From a virus, in the IMG/VR virus record IMGVR_UViG_3300045988_145246: DNA of 13,264 nucleotides. One strand, written 5' to 3'. This document shows positions 13,136 to 13,264 of the stretch, one piece after another; positions within the stretch are counted from its first letter, which is position 1; the number at the start of each line of letters is the position of its first letter. The notes beneath the pieces are model-generated. The model searched no databases. It was not told the origin of the DNA and was given only the letters and a program-made list of their open reading frames with translations. Position numbers and translations under genes: made by a program.

Positions 13136-13264
13136 GAACAAAATGGACTAAAATGCTGTTCGCCCAGGAGAGACAAATTGGCTCGAGTGTGTGCGTGACA
13201 GACAGACACTGGTGTCCGTGGGGGAAAGACAAATGTCCGCCGTACACGGATACCTATATAGGCG
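13134..13264. repeat. Right inverted terminal repeat, partner of 1-131. The hairpin seen at the left end is degraded here (gtcttt instead of gtccgt).
   Basis: Direct comparison of the reverse complement with the left end. Identical landmarks include ctcgag at 79-84 and 13181-13186, and tcctgggcgaacag. Confidence 0.9.

Noticed and set aside
1-13264. Temperate/integrative element, transposon or IS interpretation of the terminal inverted repeats
   Set aside because: No integrase, recombinase, transposase or repressor was recognised. The ITRs are >100 bp and the element encodes a protein-primed PolB plus capsid and packaging genes. All of this fits a linear protein-primed phage genome rather than a transposon.
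1-13264. tRNA or other canonical RNA genes
   Set aside because: No cloverleaf-compatible region was noticed on inspection. The only structured non-coding regions are those reported in the findings, and they do not resemble tRNA.

Overview
The window looks like a complete 13,264-bp linear dsDNA replicon. Its two ends are imperfect inverted terminal repeats of about 110-131 bp, GC-rich and carrying short palindromes, and they flank an AT-rich body of roughly one-third GC. The left ~3.7 kb is read leftward and is an early/replication module: an 82-aa protein, an unannotated 30-aa membrane peptide, an 84-aa very acidic protein, an unannotated 55-aa ribbon-helix-helix regulator, a 169-aa basic protein (candidate terminal protein), a 687-aa protein-primed family-B DNA polymerase and an unannotated 39-aa membrane peptide. 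This module ends at an intrinsic terminator that abuts the left ITR. From a textbook sigma-A promoter at 3912-3940 everything else is read rightward. In order: two small proteins, a phi29 gp16-type packaging ATPase, a 122-nt GC-rich structured spacer, a BhlA/UviB-like holin, a stand-alone SH3b wall-binding protein, a (Pro-Ala)12 repeat protein, a putative major capsid protein, a tail-knob-like protein, a lysozyme/transglycosylase-like virion hydrolase, a phi29 gp10-like connector, a collar-like protein and a 430-aa SGNH/GDSL-esterase tail fibre. I see no integrase, repressor/lysogeny module, tRNA or CRISPR array. My interpretation is a miniature phi29-like protein-primed podophage of a low-GC Gram-positive host, about 6 kb smaller than phi29 and with adenovirus/tectivirus-style long ITRs. 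Homology statements that rest on my recollection of phi29 protein sequences (connector, ATPase, polymerase) are marked as such in the evidence fields. The most noteworthy items are an acr/aca-like early cassette, ATGA-coupled micro-ORFs, a 13-bp inverted-repeat switch region, two candidate structured-RNA loci, a split lysis module and the esterase tail fibre.
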